Of a DNA stretch of 64,000 nucleotides, positions 20,368 through 31,314 are shown piece by piece. Location: contig JAVLKG010000001.1 of assembly GCA_032128875.1 (NCBI GenBank), forward strand, positions 921,453 to 985,452, written 5' to 3'. The notes under the pieces are model-generated. The model was not told where the DNA came from. It worked only from the letters and a program-made list of their open reading frames with translations, and ran no database searches. The position numbers were made by a program, and so were the translations under genes. Origin of the DNA: Candidatus Melainabacteria bacterium 17Bon1m (GTDB lineage: Bacteria > Cyanobacteriota > Vampirovibrionia > Obscuribacterales > Obscuribacteraceae). Position 1 is the stretch's first letter. Each line of letters begins with the position of its first letter.

Positions 20368-20500
20368 CAATAAAGCACGACCAGCGAGCTGTGCACTGAA
20401 AGAATGCTAGGCCCGCTACTTATGAGGGGCGGCGTTGTGCCTTATCCACAATCCCGCTAGTCGTGTTGAACTCTGTTAAAAGTTTGCCCAACAAGATTTG
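20336..20500 (-). ncRNA. Candidate structured ncRNA of unknown family
   Basis: ~18-bp stem closing 20376-20465 with G-U wobbles on the minus strand; possible 5' hairpin; ends in a terminator. Confidence 0.35.
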
Positions 20501-20578
20501 TGCAGTACCATAAAAACTGCTGTGTTGCGAAAATGTAATCAAAGTCGCATCGGGAGGCGGTTAATTGTGGTCACGCTG

Positions 20579-21127
20579 CTATTTCATCGCAGTCCAACTG
20601 CCGGAGCGCTTCCACGTTTGACCAAACGCGCCTGTGTTGGCTTTGAGTAATTCCGCCTCTTCCTTGCGATTGGTTTCGTAAAGAAGACGAGCATAGCTAG
20701 CGAGCAAATTCACTAAATCAGGATGGTTTTCGGGCAAGTGCTGCTGCTTTATGGCGAGTGCCTGCTTATAAAAGCGCTCCGCATCCTCATGCTTCTTCCA
20801 TGAGTGATAGAGCATTGCCAGATTGTTAGCGATAACCGCGACGTCCATGTGGTCAGCGCCAAGCGTGGTTTCATAAATTCTGAGCAGCCGGCGGCACATT
20901 GGCGCAGCCATGGCGTATTTGCTTTGCGCCCAATATATTTCCGACAAGCCTTCGAGCGAGATTACGAGCTGCTGGCTGTGTTCTCCAAGCGTCTCCGCTT
21001 CCTCTAATGAACTGAGCCAGCTCAATTCTGACTGGACGAGCTGACCTGTGAGATGGGCTTGCTGTCCGGCGGTTTTATAGATTTCCCACCGTTTTCTGGC
21101 TTCTCTTTGACGATCAGTTTCCTGCAC
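20579..21127 (-). CDS. TPR protein (kinesin-light-chain-type repeats)
   Basis: LGADHMDVA...NNLAMLY..AERFYKQAL..ENHPD. Confidence 0.85.
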   Translation of the reverse strand: MQETDRQREARKRWEIYKTAGQQAHLTGQLVQSELSWLSSLEEAETLGEHSQQLVISLEGLSEIYWAQSKYAMAAPMCRRLLRIYETTLGADHMDVAVIANNLAMLYHSWKKHEDAERFYKQALAIKQQHLPENHPDLVNLLASYARLLYETNRKEEAELLKANTGAFGQTWKRSGSWTAMK

Positions 21128-21292
21128 CGGAAATTACCTCTATGCGCTCCCGCGTGACGATTAATGATTATCGTCGGCTTCTCGAATAATTGGAAGTAGT
21201 GAGCAAAACAATTTATGCCATAACCGCGAATAACATTAATTGAACACGAACTGTCTGATGTTAAACATAACCCGGAAGCTGTTGCGATAAAG

Positions 21293-21321
21293 AAGCGGGG
21301 GCGCTGTTGCACCCCCGTTTG
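21293..21321 (-). terminator. Probable intrinsic terminator of TPR gene
   Basis: Minus strand AAACGGGGGTGC-AACA-GCGCCCCCGCTT followed by CTTT. Confidence 0.6.
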
Positions 21322-21336
21322 CTTGCATTATTTGAG

Positions 21337-22500
21337 TTACTGGGGCTTGAGCGTTTCGGACGAATCTTTCAAGCCAGTTTTATTAGCGTCTTGCAGGAAG
21401 GTTTCTTCGAAATAACGATCTGGATTTTTGGGATCGTTTTCGAATTTGATGTCCTTTGGAAGCGTTGGGTCAAAGAATTGCGCACGTTTGATGTCTTCGT
21501 GTGCAAGCACTGACTTGCCGAGTTTGTGCCACAGGAAGGCTCTGCAGAGATAGAAGTTGCCCTGGTTAGGATCTAATCTCAAGGCGTCTTCGAGGCTGGC
21601 CATCGCTTCGCCATCTGAGCCCAGTTGCATGAGAGCTTTGGCTCGGTGGTAGTAGAGCTGAGCACTGGTTGGATCTTGCTTGAGCGCGTCGTTGTAGTCT
21701 TCCAACGCTTCTTTTGCATTTTTCAACTTGAAGTATTCATGACCACGCTTCTTGAGCAATTCACTGTTTGTCGGGTCTAGTGCCAAAGCTTTGTCGTAGT
21801 CTTTGAGCGCATCTTCCGGTTTTTGCAGCCCGCTGAATGCAGAACCGCGATTGATGTATGCGGTGCCGTAATCCGGTGCAATTTGAATAGCGAAATTGTA
21901 GTCTTTGAGTGCTGCGTCATTGTTGCCTGCATCAATATACGCATCAGCGCGCTTTGTCAAAATTTCTGCATCTTTAGGTGCTGCGGAAAGAGCTTTGTTG
22001 TATTGAGCGAGGGCGAGATCGATTTGCCCTTGTGCCCTCAGCGAATCACCCATTCCTGCATAAGCTCTCGCAAGTTTTGGATCGAGGTTGATTGCCTTTT
22101 CGAAGTCTTTGACTGCACTGACGTGATCGTTGAGTTTGACTTCTGCAGAGCCTTTCCACAGATAATACTCAGCATTGTCGTCGTCGTATTTCGCAGCTTC
22201 GCCGAAATCGTTGGCAGCTAATTTGTACTGTTTGAGAGCAAAGAAACATTGTCCACGCAGGTTGTAAGCCTTGGCATTGGTCTCTTGCAAACCAATCGCT
22301 TCGTCGAAGGATTTGATTGCATCGTTGTAGTTTTTTGCTTGCATCGATTGAACAGCTTTTTCATAAGCGGGATTTTGCACCTCATCAGCAGTGGCTATTG
22401 AGGGAGCAAAACCGATTGCTGTTGTAACCACCAAGCCGAGAGTAAAACTCAAAGCCAGCTTTTTATAGCTTCTCATTTGGCTAGTTGCCATGCTCAACAT
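21337..22500 (-). CDS. Secreted multi-TPR protein
   Basis: Signal peptide; about 8 TPR repeats (AY..RG...ALKDYDKAL.LDP). Confidence 0.9.
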   Translation of the reverse strand: MLSMATSQMRSYKKLALSFTLGLVVTTAIGFAPSIATADEVQNPAYEKAVQSMQAKNYNDAIKSFDEAIGLQETNAKAYNLRGQCFFALKQYKLAANDFGEAAKYDDDNAEYYLWKGSAEVKLNDHVSAVKDFEKAINLDPKLARAYAGMGDSLRAQGQIDLALAQYNKALSAAPKDAEILTKRADAYIDAGNNDAALKDYNFAIQIAPDYGTAYINRGSAFSGLQKPEDALKDYDKALALDPTNSELLKKRGHEYFKLKNAKEALEDYNDALKQDPTSAQLYYHRAKALMQLGSDGEAMASLEDALRLDPNQGNFYLCRAFLWHKLGKSVLAHEDIKRAQFFDPTLPKDIKFENDPKNPDRYFEETFLQDANKTGLKDSSETLKPQ

Positions 22501-22570
22501 GAGCTCTTTCCTCCATTATTGGGACTACCCAGATAGTCCACAGATGAGTGCACATTATACAGGCGCAATG

Positions 22571-23038
22571 TCAATGGCAGACATTGGCTCCGCGTTTTTG
22601 TAAATATCGCTGGTGATATTCCTCCGCGGGATAAAACTTGGCAGCCGCCGTAACCTCGGTGGCTATTGGCGCGCGAAACTTGCCTGATTTGCCAAGTTCT
22701 TCAATTTTTTCTTTTGCGGTCTTTTCTTGCTCGGGCGAATAGAAGAACACTACGGTTCTGTATTGTTTGCCGACATCCGGACCTTGTCTATTGAGTTGGG
22801 TCGGATCATGGATGGTGAAAAACTTGTCGAGTAGCTGCTCGTAAGAAATTACTGCCGGATCGAATTCGATGAGAATCACTTCTGCGTGACCGGTGCGGTC
22901 TGTGCAAACTTGCTCATATGTCGGGTTGTCGGTGGCACCGCCACTGTAACCAACTTTTGTATCTTTGACGCCTTCCAAAGTACGGAAAGCTTCTTCCACT
23001 CCCCAGAAGCATCCGGCACCAAACATTGCTTTTTCCAT
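22571..23038 (-). CDS. msrA: Peptide-methionine (S)-S-oxide reductase
   Basis: GCFWG, TGHAE, HDPTQLNRQGPD.G.QYR, AEEYHQ.Y. Confidence 0.97.
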   Translation of the reverse strand: MEKAMFGAGCFWGVEEAFRTLEGVKDTKVGYSGGATDNPTYEQVCTDRTGHAEVILIEFDPAVISYEQLLDKFFTIHDPTQLNRQGPDVGKQYRTVVFFYSPEQEKTAKEKIEELGKSGKFRAPIATEVTAAAKFYPAEEYHQRYLQKRGANVCH

Positions 23039-23099
23039 TTCGCTTTCCTCTTCTTTGAGCTATTGAACGCGTTTCCGTGAGTCGCATAGCGCGTTCTTA

Positions 23100-24119
23100 C
23101 TACGATGCGCCTGTTTTTGCAGGTGTTCGATTCATGTCGGAATTTGATTTCAACTCTAAGTGACCTCCGAATTTGAAACGCATTGCTGATAGCAAGCGCT
23201 CTCCAAATGGTTGTTGCAGTCTGGAGCGGAATCGAGTGTACAAAGCCGCCGATAGAACTTCAGCCGGAACCGCCTGTTCGATTGCCGCTTGAATCGTCCA
23301 TCTTCCTTCTCCGGAGTCTTGAACAAAACCGGTGTAGTTAGACAATTCTTGATCTTCGGACAAAGCCATAGAAGTCAAATCTAGAAGCCACGAACCAACT
23401 ACAGATCCGCGTCTCCACACTTCAGCGACGTCGGCGACGTTGATGTCGTAGCGAATATCTTCAGGTAATTCTTCAGAGTCTGCACTCGCCAAAATACTGA
23501 AGCCTTCTGCGTATGCTTGCATCAAGCCGTACTCAATTCCGTTGTGCACCATTTTCACATAATGACCGGCACCTACAGGACCAGCATGAATGTAGCCGTT
23601 CTCTGCTGAGTTTTTGTTATTTTCGCGTCCAGGCGTCACCGGAATGTCACCCTCACCGGGTGCCAGCGTTGCGAAGATTGGTTCTAGTCTTTGAAAGACC
23701 GGCTTTTCTGCACCGACCATCAAGCAGTAGCCGCGATCTTTACCCCATACTCCGCCGCTGGTTCCACAGTCTGCAAAGGTGATGCCTTTTTCTTTGAGCA
23801 TGTGAGCGCGTCGAACATCATCTTTGAAGTATGAGTTGCCACCGTCGATGATTGTGTCTCCGGCTTCCAGAAGCTCAGAGAGTTCTTGAATTGCATCTTC
23901 TGTAATTTTTCCAGATGGAACCATCACCCAGACAGCGCGTGGTTTGGCCAGCTTCGAGACGAGATCTTTATAACTCGATGCAGCAGTAGCACCCTCTTTC
24001 TCGAGCTCTTTACCCGGCTCCGGATTGCGATCGTACACGACGCAATCATGACCACCCGCCATCAGCCGACGAACCATGTTGGCGCCCATTCGACCTAAGC
24101 CGACCATTCCTAATTGCAT
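23100..24119 (-). CDS. gnd: 6-phosphogluconate dehydrogenase, decarboxylating (short-chain type)
   Basis: [43 protein letters not shown]; start at 24119 because the upstream extension is REP-derived. Confidence 0.95.
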   Translation of the reverse strand: MQLGMVGLGRMGANMVRRLMAGGHDCVVYDRNPEPGKELEKEGATAASSYKDLVSKLAKPRAVWVMVPSGKITEDAIQELSELLEAGDTIIDGGNSYFKDDVRRAHMLKEKGITFADCGTSGGVWGKDRGYCLMVGAEKPVFQRLEPIFATLAPGEGDIPVTPGRENNKNSAENGYIHAGPVGAGHYVKMVHNGIEYGLMQAYAEGFSILASADSEELPEDIRYDINVADVAEVWRRGSVVGSWLLDLTSMALSEDQELSNYTGFVQDSGEGRWTIQAAIEQAVPAEVLSAALYTRFRSRLQQPFGERLLSAMRFKFGGHLELKSNSDMNRTPAKTGAS

Positions 24120-24132
24120 TGCTTTTTCCTTC

Positions 24133-24268
24133 TGTAGGGTCGACGCCATGCATCGACCGTTTCTTTTCTGTAAGGGCGACGCCATGCATCGACCGTTTCT
24201 TTTCTGTAAGGGCGACGCCATGCATCGCCCGTTTTTTCTGTAAGGTCGACGCCATGCGCCGCTCCTAC
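24133..24268. repeat. Four tandem REP-like units (34-36 bp) between tal-pgi and gnd
   Basis: TGTA(G/A)GG(T/G)CGACGCCATGC at 24133, 24169, 24205, 24239. Confidence 0.92.
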
Positions 24269-24273
24269 GGGGT

Positions 24274-27147
24274 TTACTTCAGAGCTTCCTTAACTGCAGC
24301 AGTTAAGGTCTTCAGACCTTTTGCGACATCCTTGCTGAGATGAATGCGCAAAGCTCTTCTGCCTCTGTCGTTTAGCACTTTGAGATCGCCGCGAGCTTGA
24401 GCTGCCTTGACGACACCGAAGGTATACTTCTGCTGAGGTACCGGTAATTCTTCGGTATCATCGGCGGTGACCTGAAGGAACACGCCGCTATTGGGTCCGC
24501 CTTTGTAGGCTTGACCTGTCGAATGCAAGAAGCGTGGTCCAAAACCAAGGCAAGTTGCGACTTTCTTTGTGTCTCTAACTGCCAATCTTGCCTCTTGCAG
24601 CTCATCTTCATGAGCTTTCGTCATCTCGATGTAAGCAAGCAATGCCACATAATCATTTGCTTTTACACGTGAGAGATGTGATTTGAGAATAGATGCGAGT
24701 GTTTTGGTTGCGCCCGCACCTGCTTCAATTTCCTTTGTGTTTTTATCGTCAGCAAAGAGCTTGATACCCTCCGCTTCGAAGAATGGTTTTTCTTCGGGCA
24801 GGCTGCCGGACTTCTCATATGCTTCTGTAAGTTCGCGGGTCGCAACCTTACTGGCTTCGACGTCCGGTTGGTTGAAAGCGTTGATGCCGATAACAGCACC
24901 TGCTACGGCAGTGGCGATTTCCCATCGGAAGAATTCCTGACCGAGATTGTAGATGTCGGTAACAGTAATTCTCACAACCGGATGACCAGCCTTCTGTAAC
25001 GCTTCAATCGCTTTGTCTTGCTTTTCATCAGGAGATGATTCCAGCCGCAAGTAAGCAAACAGGCGGTCTTTGCCGTATGTCTCTGACGATGCGAGCGGCT
25101 CACGGTCGACAGGAATAATTCCTTTGCCGACTTTACCTGTGGATTCTGCGATTAATTGCTCGAGCCAGGCGCCCAGGTCATAGATCTTCGGCGAAGTCAC
25201 TAAGGTGATTTTGTCGCGTCCGGCTTTCGCTGCTTCGCCCATGATGATGCCCAGTACAGCTCCAGGATTTTCCTCCACCGGAACAGTCGCCGCACATGCG
25301 TGAGCCATTTCTCTTGCATTATCGAGGAATTTTGCAACGTCAAGTCCCATCACCGCAGCTGGTACCATGCCGAAATGAGACAGTGCTGAATAACGTCCAC
25401 CAATTCCCGGCAGTCCGAGGAAAATGTGGCGGAACTTTTCTTTCTCAGCCAGCGCTTGCAGTTTTGAGCCTGGGTCTGTCACTGCAATCCAGTGCTGACC
25501 AGCTTTATCTGCACCGACTGCTTCAACAGTCTTCTGCCAGAAGTATTGTTCGAAGATGTTCGGCTCGAGTGTTGTGCCTGATTTCGATGAAACAATAAAG
25601 ATAGTTTGTTTTACATCAATCGCTTTCTCTGCTGACTTCACTTGTTGTGGATCGGTCGAATCGAGAACATGAAGTTCGGGATAACCAGCTTCTTTAGGGA
25701 AAGTATTGCGCAGAACATCAGGGCAAAGGCTCGAACCACCCATACCCAAAAGCAAAGCGTATTTGAATTTCGCATCCTTGATCTCTTGCGCAAGCTTTTT
25801 CAAATTCTCAATGTGAGCGAGCTGGTCGTTAATGATGTTCAGCCAGTCGAGCCATTTGCTTTCTTCATCACCTGTCCAAAGTGAAGCGTCTCGCGACCAG
25901 AGCTTTTTGGTGTTATCCAATGTTTGCCAGTCGATAATTGCTTTTTCAACTGTCGGCTTCAAATCGCTCGGCAGTTCATACTTGAAATTATCGATCAAGG
26001 ACTTTTTTTCGGTAGCCCTCGCTTTCTCAACAGCGTCAAGTAGTTTTTTGAACGCATCTGCAAAAAGGTCGACACCTTGTTCAACCAATTTGTCTGTGAC
26101 TTCCTTCATTGAAATCTTCGATTTTTCGAGGTTTTCCATGACGGCATTGGCTTCTGGAAGTTCAGTTTCGAGCGTGCTCTTCACCACACCGTGATCTCTA
26201 AATGCATCGAATGTGCTCGGTGGAATGGTGTTGACTGTGTCTTTTCCGATCAATTCATCGACGTAGATGCAATCGGGGAATGCCGGGTTCTTTGTGCTGG
26301 TACTTGCCCAGAGCAGGCGTTGCGTTTGAGCGCCGCTCTTTTCGAGTTCTGTCCAGCGTGTATCTTTGATGATGTTCAGATATTTTTGATACGCTTGCTT
26401 TGCGTTGGCGATTGCCACTTTGCCGAGGACTTTGTTGAGCAAGGCTTTTTCTTCGCCTTGTGCTGTTTTCAATTTGTCTTCGATCATGCTGTCGATAAGA
26501 GTGTCGATGCGGCTGACGAAAAAGCTTGCTACGCTGGCTACGCTGTGCAAATCGCCGCCCGATTTTTTGAACTTTTCCAGACCGTCGATGTATGCCCAAT
26601 GGACTGCTTCGTAAGCTTCCTGCGAGAAGAGCAATGTGACATTGATGTTGATGCCTTCGCCGATCAATTCTTTGATTGCAGGAATACCTGCCTTGGTCGC
26701 CGGTACTTTGATCATTACGTTTGGACGGTTAACCCATTTCCACAGGCGCTTTGCTTCGTCGATGGTGCCCTGTGTGTCATTGGCGAGGAAGGGCGAAACT
26801 TCCATACTCACATAGCCGTCGCGCTTTTGCGTTTTCTCGTAAACCGGCTTGAGAATATCCGCAGCTTTTTGAATGTCTTCGACAGCGATGTGCTCATAGA
26901 TGTCCATTGCTTTGAGCTTGCTGTCTTTCTTCAATTCAGCGAGTTGGTCTGCATAATCATTGCTGCCAGCGATTGCCTTTTCGAAGATTGCTGGATTGGA
27001 AGTCATGCCCTTGAGACCGTCTTCTTCGACCAAGCGCTTGAGTTCACCACTGTTCAACAGGCTGCGACGAATATAATCGAGCCAGACGGATTGCCCGTGT
27101 GACGAGAGTTCGCGCAATGGATTGACTACCTGTTTGGCTGTGTTCAT
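24274..27147 (-). CDS. tal-pgi: Bifunctional transaldolase / glucose-6-phosphate isomerase
   Basis: [38 protein letters not shown] (Tal); [32 protein letters not shown] (PGI); AGGAG RBS before 27147. Confidence 0.95.
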   Translation of the reverse strand: MNTAKQVVNPLRELSSHGQSVWLDYIRRSLLNSGELKRLVEEDGLKGMTSNPAIFEKAIAGSNDYADQLAELKKDSKLKAMDIYEHIAVEDIQKAADILKPVYEKTQKRDGYVSMEVSPFLANDTQGTIDEAKRLWKWVNRPNVMIKVPATKAGIPAIKELIGEGININVTLLFSQEAYEAVHWAYIDGLEKFKKSGGDLHSVASVASFFVSRIDTLIDSMIEDKLKTAQGEEKALLNKVLGKVAIANAKQAYQKYLNIIKDTRWTELEKSGAQTQRLLWASTSTKNPAFPDCIYVDELIGKDTVNTIPPSTFDAFRDHGVVKSTLETELPEANAVMENLEKSKISMKEVTDKLVEQGVDLFADAFKKLLDAVEKARATEKKSLIDNFKYELPSDLKPTVEKAIIDWQTLDNTKKLWSRDASLWTGDEESKWLDWLNIINDQLAHIENLKKLAQEIKDAKFKYALLLGMGGSSLCPDVLRNTFPKEAGYPELHVLDSTDPQQVKSAEKAIDVKQTIFIVSSKSGTTLEPNIFEQYFWQKTVEAVGADKAGQHWIAVTDPGSKLQALAEKEKFRHIFLGLPGIGGRYSALSHFGMVPAAVMGLDVAKFLDNAREMAHACAATVPVEENPGAVLGIIMGEAAKAGRDKITLVTSPKIYDLGAWLEQLIAESTGKVGKGIIPVDREPLASSETYGKDRLFAYLRLESSPDEKQDKAIEALQKAGHPVVRITVTDIYNLGQEFFRWEIATAVAGAVIGINAFNQPDVEASKVATRELTEAYEKSGSLPEEKPFFEAEGIKLFADDKNTKEIEAGAGATKTLASILKSHLSRVKANDYVALLAYIEMTKAHEDELQEARLAVRDTKKVATCLGFGPRFLHSTGQAYKGGPNSGVFLQVTADDTEELPVPQQKYTFGVVKAAQARGDLKVLNDRGRRALRIHLSKDVAKGLKTLTAAVKEALK

Positions 27148-27703
27148 TTTCTCTCTCCTGTGAGCAGCTGATTGTCCTGGCTTTTTGAACATTTAGCGCG
27201 CTGGGCGGCTTTTCCCTACTTATATAGGTGGTTGCAAAGCGGCTCTCTTGAATGGCACGGCGATACCGCGGGAAGCGGCAGCCCTTGCCATCGCGGGACA
27301 TCGCTAAATTCCCTGGCGTCAGAACGGACCAAAGATATCAGAAACTCATCCTTTATATGTCAAAGTTTAATCTATAAGTGACGAGCGTAAAGTTGGTGGT
27401 TCTGGGTCGAACCGCAGCGCGCGTATTGTCTTTTTCAATTGTGCGAAAGCGTGATGCTGTGCGCGCTGATGAGTGCACCACCAATGGTGACTGTTTTGCA
27501 ATCGGCCAAAAAACTCAATTGCAGGTTTATGTATGAATTCTGGGAGCGTGGATTAGTAATTAGTGGAAGTTAAAAAAATTGAGGTACTATGTTTTGGTAC
27601 CGGTGACCCGGGAATAAATCTGAGGCCAAGACAATTGCCTCGTTGGAAGTCAATAGAGGGTTCGGGGTAGCAATACCAAAAGTCTGGCTCGTGGAGGAGC
27701 AAC

Positions 27704-27856
27704 ATGGAGATATTTCAAGATCCGCTCGTTCTGGTATGCGTTCTCGCCATGCCATTGGTAATTATCGGTTTGGCTAAAGCCTGGAAGCGTCTTAAGGACA
27801 AGAAGGCTGAAGCTGCTGCTGCGTCAGGCGGCGGTGGAGCAGATTCGAACGGCTAG
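27704..27856 (+). CDS. Small single-pass membrane protein (50 aa), absent from the ORF track
   Basis: GGAGGAG RBS; MEIFQDPLVLVCVLAMPLVIIGLAKAWKRLKDKKAEAAAASGGGGADSNG*. Confidence 0.7.
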   Translation: MEIFQDPLVLVCVLAMPLVIIGLAKAWKRLKDKKAEAAAASGGGGADSNG

Positions 27857-28156
27857 TGCATCGTAGCTGACGTAAGGTTGGCGCAATTCATTATTAAGGC
27901 GGGGCGTCGTCAGCTCCGTCTTGCTGTTTGATCGGGAATATCGCTCAATCCGGCCTTCAGAACCCTCTGAAATTCATATTTATATGTCGCTGCCAAAATT
28001 TTTGTTTTGGCGGCGATTTTCTTTGAACTTTTTTTGGCGAACTTACGTCTATACAGTTGTAAGCAAAAAAATGGCTGCGCCGAAGTTTGGAAAGCTCCAC
28101 CGTGGATGCCTTTTCCAGTCGGTGAGCTTGTAGTGTGATTATGGAGTAATTGCATC

Positions 28157-28720
28157 ATGAATTTCAGGAAACTTTTCGTTCTTTCAGTCAGCTCTCTTTC
28201 CCTGGTGGCACCTGCGTTTGCAGACACCCAAGTCGGAGCTGTTGAACAGACTGTCGCTAAGACAAACATCTCGGAAAATGTGGGTGGTAAAGGCAAAATG
28301 TGCGGCGCCGGTCATCATCGCGGTTTCAAAGGCGGACTCGATCTAACTGATGCGCAGAAAGAAAAACTCTACGCAATGAAAAACACATTGAAGGATAGTG
28401 TTGGACCCAAGAAGCTTGAATTGAGTAAAGCCAATCGTGAGCTCAAAGACCTGCTCACCAAGCCCTCGATCGACCGTGCAGCGATCTTGAGCACGCAAGG
28501 CAAAATCAATGATTTGAAAGCTTCCATCTCCAATATGATGATTGCATTTAGAGCTGATTTTGCAGAAACACTGACGCCAGAGCAAAGACAAAAGCTGCGC
28601 TTCGCGCCGTCCTTCGGTGGTCACCGTCACTTCCGTCACGGTGGACCAGGACATGGAGGACCTCGTGGGCCCAGACCGACTGCTGAAGTAGCACCAGCTC
28701 CAGCAGCTCCTGTTAGCTAA
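28157..28720 (+). CDS. Spy/CpxP-family periplasmic chaperone-like protein
   Basis: Signal peptide; LDLTDAQ and LTPEQR (LTxxQ) motifs. Confidence 0.85.
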   Translation: MNFRKLFVLSVSSLSLVAPAFADTQVGAVEQTVAKTNISENVGGKGKMCGAGHHRGFKGGLDLTDAQKEKLYAMKNTLKDSVGPKKLELSKANRELKDLLTKPSIDRAAILSTQGKINDLKASISNMMIAFRADFAETLTPEQRQKLRFAPSFGGHRHFRHGGPGHGGPRGPRPTAEVAPAPAAPVS

Positions 28721-28728
28721 CGGCGCAG

Positions 28729-28814
28729 CAATCGCAAGAGCGGTGTCTTGCCGCTCTGCGATTGATTCTAAAGCGGGGCGATCCTTTGCGTTTGCAGGGG
28801 GTCGCCTCTCGCTT
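28729..28814. terminator. Two long hairpins between convergent genes
   Basis: Inverted repeats at 28729-28764 and 28771-28814. Confidence 0.6.
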
Positions 28815-30125
28815 CTATCTCGAATGCGTTCTGAAAAATTGCCAGAGCGTTTCTGAGGCGTTTATATCCTGACTGATTTTTCCAGCAAAACCCGAAGACG
28901 CATATGGCAAGCCGCCCGGCCAGGTGTGCCCGCCATTTTCTATGCGATAGAGAATTACTTCTCGACCAGACGATCCGTAGGCCTCACGCCTGACACGCGT
29001 GCCATCGCGCGGATCTTTATCTGGTTCGTTAGTAATGTTTGCGTGTGCAGCTCCGACCTGGTTGTGCGCACACCAAAACTCAATCATCTCAGGCACCGGC
29101 ATCAGACCGCCATAACGAGCGAGTGCGCTGTCAACGCCACCGAATTTGTTGGCCCCTACCAATTCCACGAGTTCATTCAGCTCTCCATTTGCTGTGCTGG
29201 CGCCTGATGATCCCCAAGAGATCAGAGGATCGCTCGTGCCGAGAAAAAACATCACCGGCATTGGTTTGTTGGAGTGGCAGCCATTTGCCGCTTGTTGCAT
29301 AATCGTTGAGCCGACCACACCAATCGCCGCAATGCGTTCTGGAATGGCGCATGCGAGCATTTGTGAGAAGTAGCCGCCGTTACTGATTCCGCAGGCGTAG
29401 ACTCTTCTTTTGTCGATGCTGACTGTGTTTGCAATCTTATCGATGACCTTGCAGACATACCCGACGTCATCGACACCGCGTCCGGACTGCCCGGTGTCCC
29501 AGCATTTATCGATCCCATCCCCGTAGATGACAGCGAAATTGTTCCGGTCGGCGACTGGGTTAAATTGGCTCAAAAACATCATCAGTGAGCCGTTCAAGCT
29601 CAAGCCGTGGAAGACCAATACTACAGGCATATTCTTTAGTGTCTTGTATCCCGGCGGCAGATGGCATTGAAAGGTTCTGTTCATGCCGTCGATGCTAACG
29701 GTGTCTTGATACGTATAACCTTTCGTCGTGTCGCCTTTTGGCGTCACCCCCAAGTATCTCTGGCCTGCATTTTGAATCTGTCTGCCTTGCTGCGCTCGCT
29801 GACTTTGAAGGGTTTGAACTCCTTGCTGCCCTTGTCCTTGTGGCGCCTGGCTTTGCTGCGCCTGCGTACTCCCCGGGTGCTTTCTCTCCTCTTCTTCCTG
29901 CATTTGACGCATGTAAGCCCGTCTGGCGTATTCGCCTGGTCTATAGCCGGGAGGGCGCGCATATGGACTTCTGTAGTAATTGGTTGTCGGAAACGGCTGA
30001 GAGCTTTGATTGCCAGCGCCGGAAGGGTTTTGGGCGGACGATTGGGCGCTCGAACCTGTCTGCAGGAGCAGGTTTAGCGGAATTGCCGCGGACAACATCA
30101 AGGTGAGAACATTTGCCAGTTTCAA
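28815..30125 (-). CDS. Secreted LpqC / PHB-depolymerase-family alpha/beta hydrolase
   Basis: VLVFHG, DDVGY, GISNGG nucleophile motif, GTSD, GGHTWPG; Q-rich N-terminus. Confidence 0.85.
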   Translation of the reverse strand: MKLANVLTLMLSAAIPLNLLLQTGSSAQSSAQNPSGAGNQSSQPFPTTNYYRSPYARPPGYRPGEYARRAYMRQMQEEEERKHPGSTQAQQSQAPQGQGQQGVQTLQSQRAQQGRQIQNAGQRYLGVTPKGDTTKGYTYQDTVSIDGMNRTFQCHLPPGYKTLKNMPVVLVFHGLSLNGSLMMFLSQFNPVADRNNFAVIYGDGIDKCWDTGQSGRGVDDVGYVCKVIDKIANTVSIDKRRVYACGISNGGYFSQMLACAIPERIAAIGVVGSTIMQQAANGCHSNKPMPVMFFLGTSDPLISWGSSGASTANGELNELVELVGANKFGGVDSALARYGGLMPVPEMIEFWCAHNQVGAAHANITNEPDKDPRDGTRVRREAYGSSGREVILYRIENGGHTWPGGLPYASSGFAGKISQDINASETLWQFFRTHSR

Positions 30126-30284
30126 GCGTCAGAAGGCTCATTACGCAAAGGTAAGCAGTAAATTCTATGTTCCACGCGATTGCTTTCTCTTACTCCTTTG
30201 CATAACGAATAAACACTCCTGCACGCGGGTAAGCAAAGTGCAGAGAAGTTCTTACACAACTGCATCTTTAGCTGGGGACGAGTA

Positions 30285-31181
30285 ATGCTGAAAACCACAA
30301 TATTTGCATCGACCATGGCAGTCCTTCTTGCTGCTTCAATAGCGATGCCATCAGACGCCGAGCCCAATGCAAAGAAAAAGCAGCAACAACAGTTACTGAA
30401 GCAACAAAAGTTGCAGCAGAAGCAGCAACAGCAACAAGAACTTCAAGCGCAACAAGGCGCTTACGACAATAGCAGCGGCAGCAACTCAGGTGGCGGTTCG
30501 AACAGCGGTGATTCGGCAGGAAGAAGTATGTCGATGTTCAAAGCCGGCAATACCACCCTGCCGGCGGGCACATATGCCATGACCAATGTCAGCAATGGTG
30601 CGGCATTTGTCGTAATTGTCGATGATAGCGGCGACATGCGCGCGCAAGATGCCCGGGCAATGAATCTTATTGACGAAAAGAATGCGCCCAAGGCGGCTAA
30701 AAATCGCAAGAATGGCGGATACGGCGGCAATTCCGGAAATGACCAAAATTATGATTCCGGAAACAACTACAACAATTCCAATAATGGCTATGACGGAAAT
30801 GACGGCGGTTATCGCACGAATAATTCGTCTGGCGGCTCTTCCAGCAATTTAGGACCCAACGGACTCTTGCCGCCGCAACCAACGCCTGCCTCCGCTGTTT
30901 TGCCGACGCAAAATTCGAGTGGTCATCCACTTTTGCAAGGCGCGACGCCCGGCAGTGTTTATGCGCCTGGGCAGCCATCGGGCGGTGGTTTACTTCCTAG
31001 CCTTTTGACAGGGCAGAATCCTCTTGGGCAGCAGAATTCGATGATGCCTGGGCAACCCGGACCTGGCGGCATACAAGGGAAAATTCAGTCAGAGCTGCAA
31101 CGTCAGCTAAACAAGCAACTTCTGAAGTATGGCAGCGGAAATCTAGAACAGCAGGTTCGCAAGATGATCAACAAGTTCTGA
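30285..31181 (+). CDS. Secreted low-complexity (Q/N/G-rich) hypothetical protein
   Basis: Signal peptide; poly-Q and N/G-rich tracts. Confidence 0.7.
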   Translation: MLKTTIFASTMAVLLAASIAMPSDAEPNAKKKQQQQLLKQQKLQQKQQQQQELQAQQGAYDNSSGSNSGGGSNSGDSAGRSMSMFKAGNTTLPAGTYAMTNVSNGAAFVVIVDDSGDMRAQDARAMNLIDEKNAPKAAKNRKNGGYGGNSGNDQNYDSGNNYNNSNNGYDGNDGGYRTNNSSGGSSSNLGPNGLLPPQPTPASAVLPTQNSSGHPLLQGATPGSVYAPGQPSGGGLLPSLLTGQNPLGQQNSMMPGQPGPGGIQGKIQSELQRQLNKQLLKYGSGNLEQQVRKMINKF

Positions 31182-31314
31182 GCTGGCTAAATTTGGGCAA
31201 TCAATAAAATCTGGTGACACTTTTGTTGTGTTGCCACAATGCCTGCGCACTATTTGATAAATTTGAACCTTGCATTTTGCAAGGAAACTAGTTTGCCGAA
31301 CGCGCGGAGCGGAA

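Noticed and set aside
20442-20450. Perfect DnaA box TTATCCACA as an origin signal
   Set aside because: Single copy; about 0.5 expected by chance in 64 kb on both strands; no cluster or dnaA nearby.
24120-24221. N-terminal extension of Gnd in the ORF track
   Set aside because: It is a translation of the REP array; the family-typical start and RBS are at 24119.
24133-24268. CRISPR array
   Set aside because: Units are directly adjacent with no unique spacers; no cas genes; the same motif is dispersed as REPs.
15263-27102. Long antisense ORFs (15263-16261, 16547-17515, 26191-27102)
   Set aside because: Shadow frames opposite well-supported genes, with no recognisable motifs.
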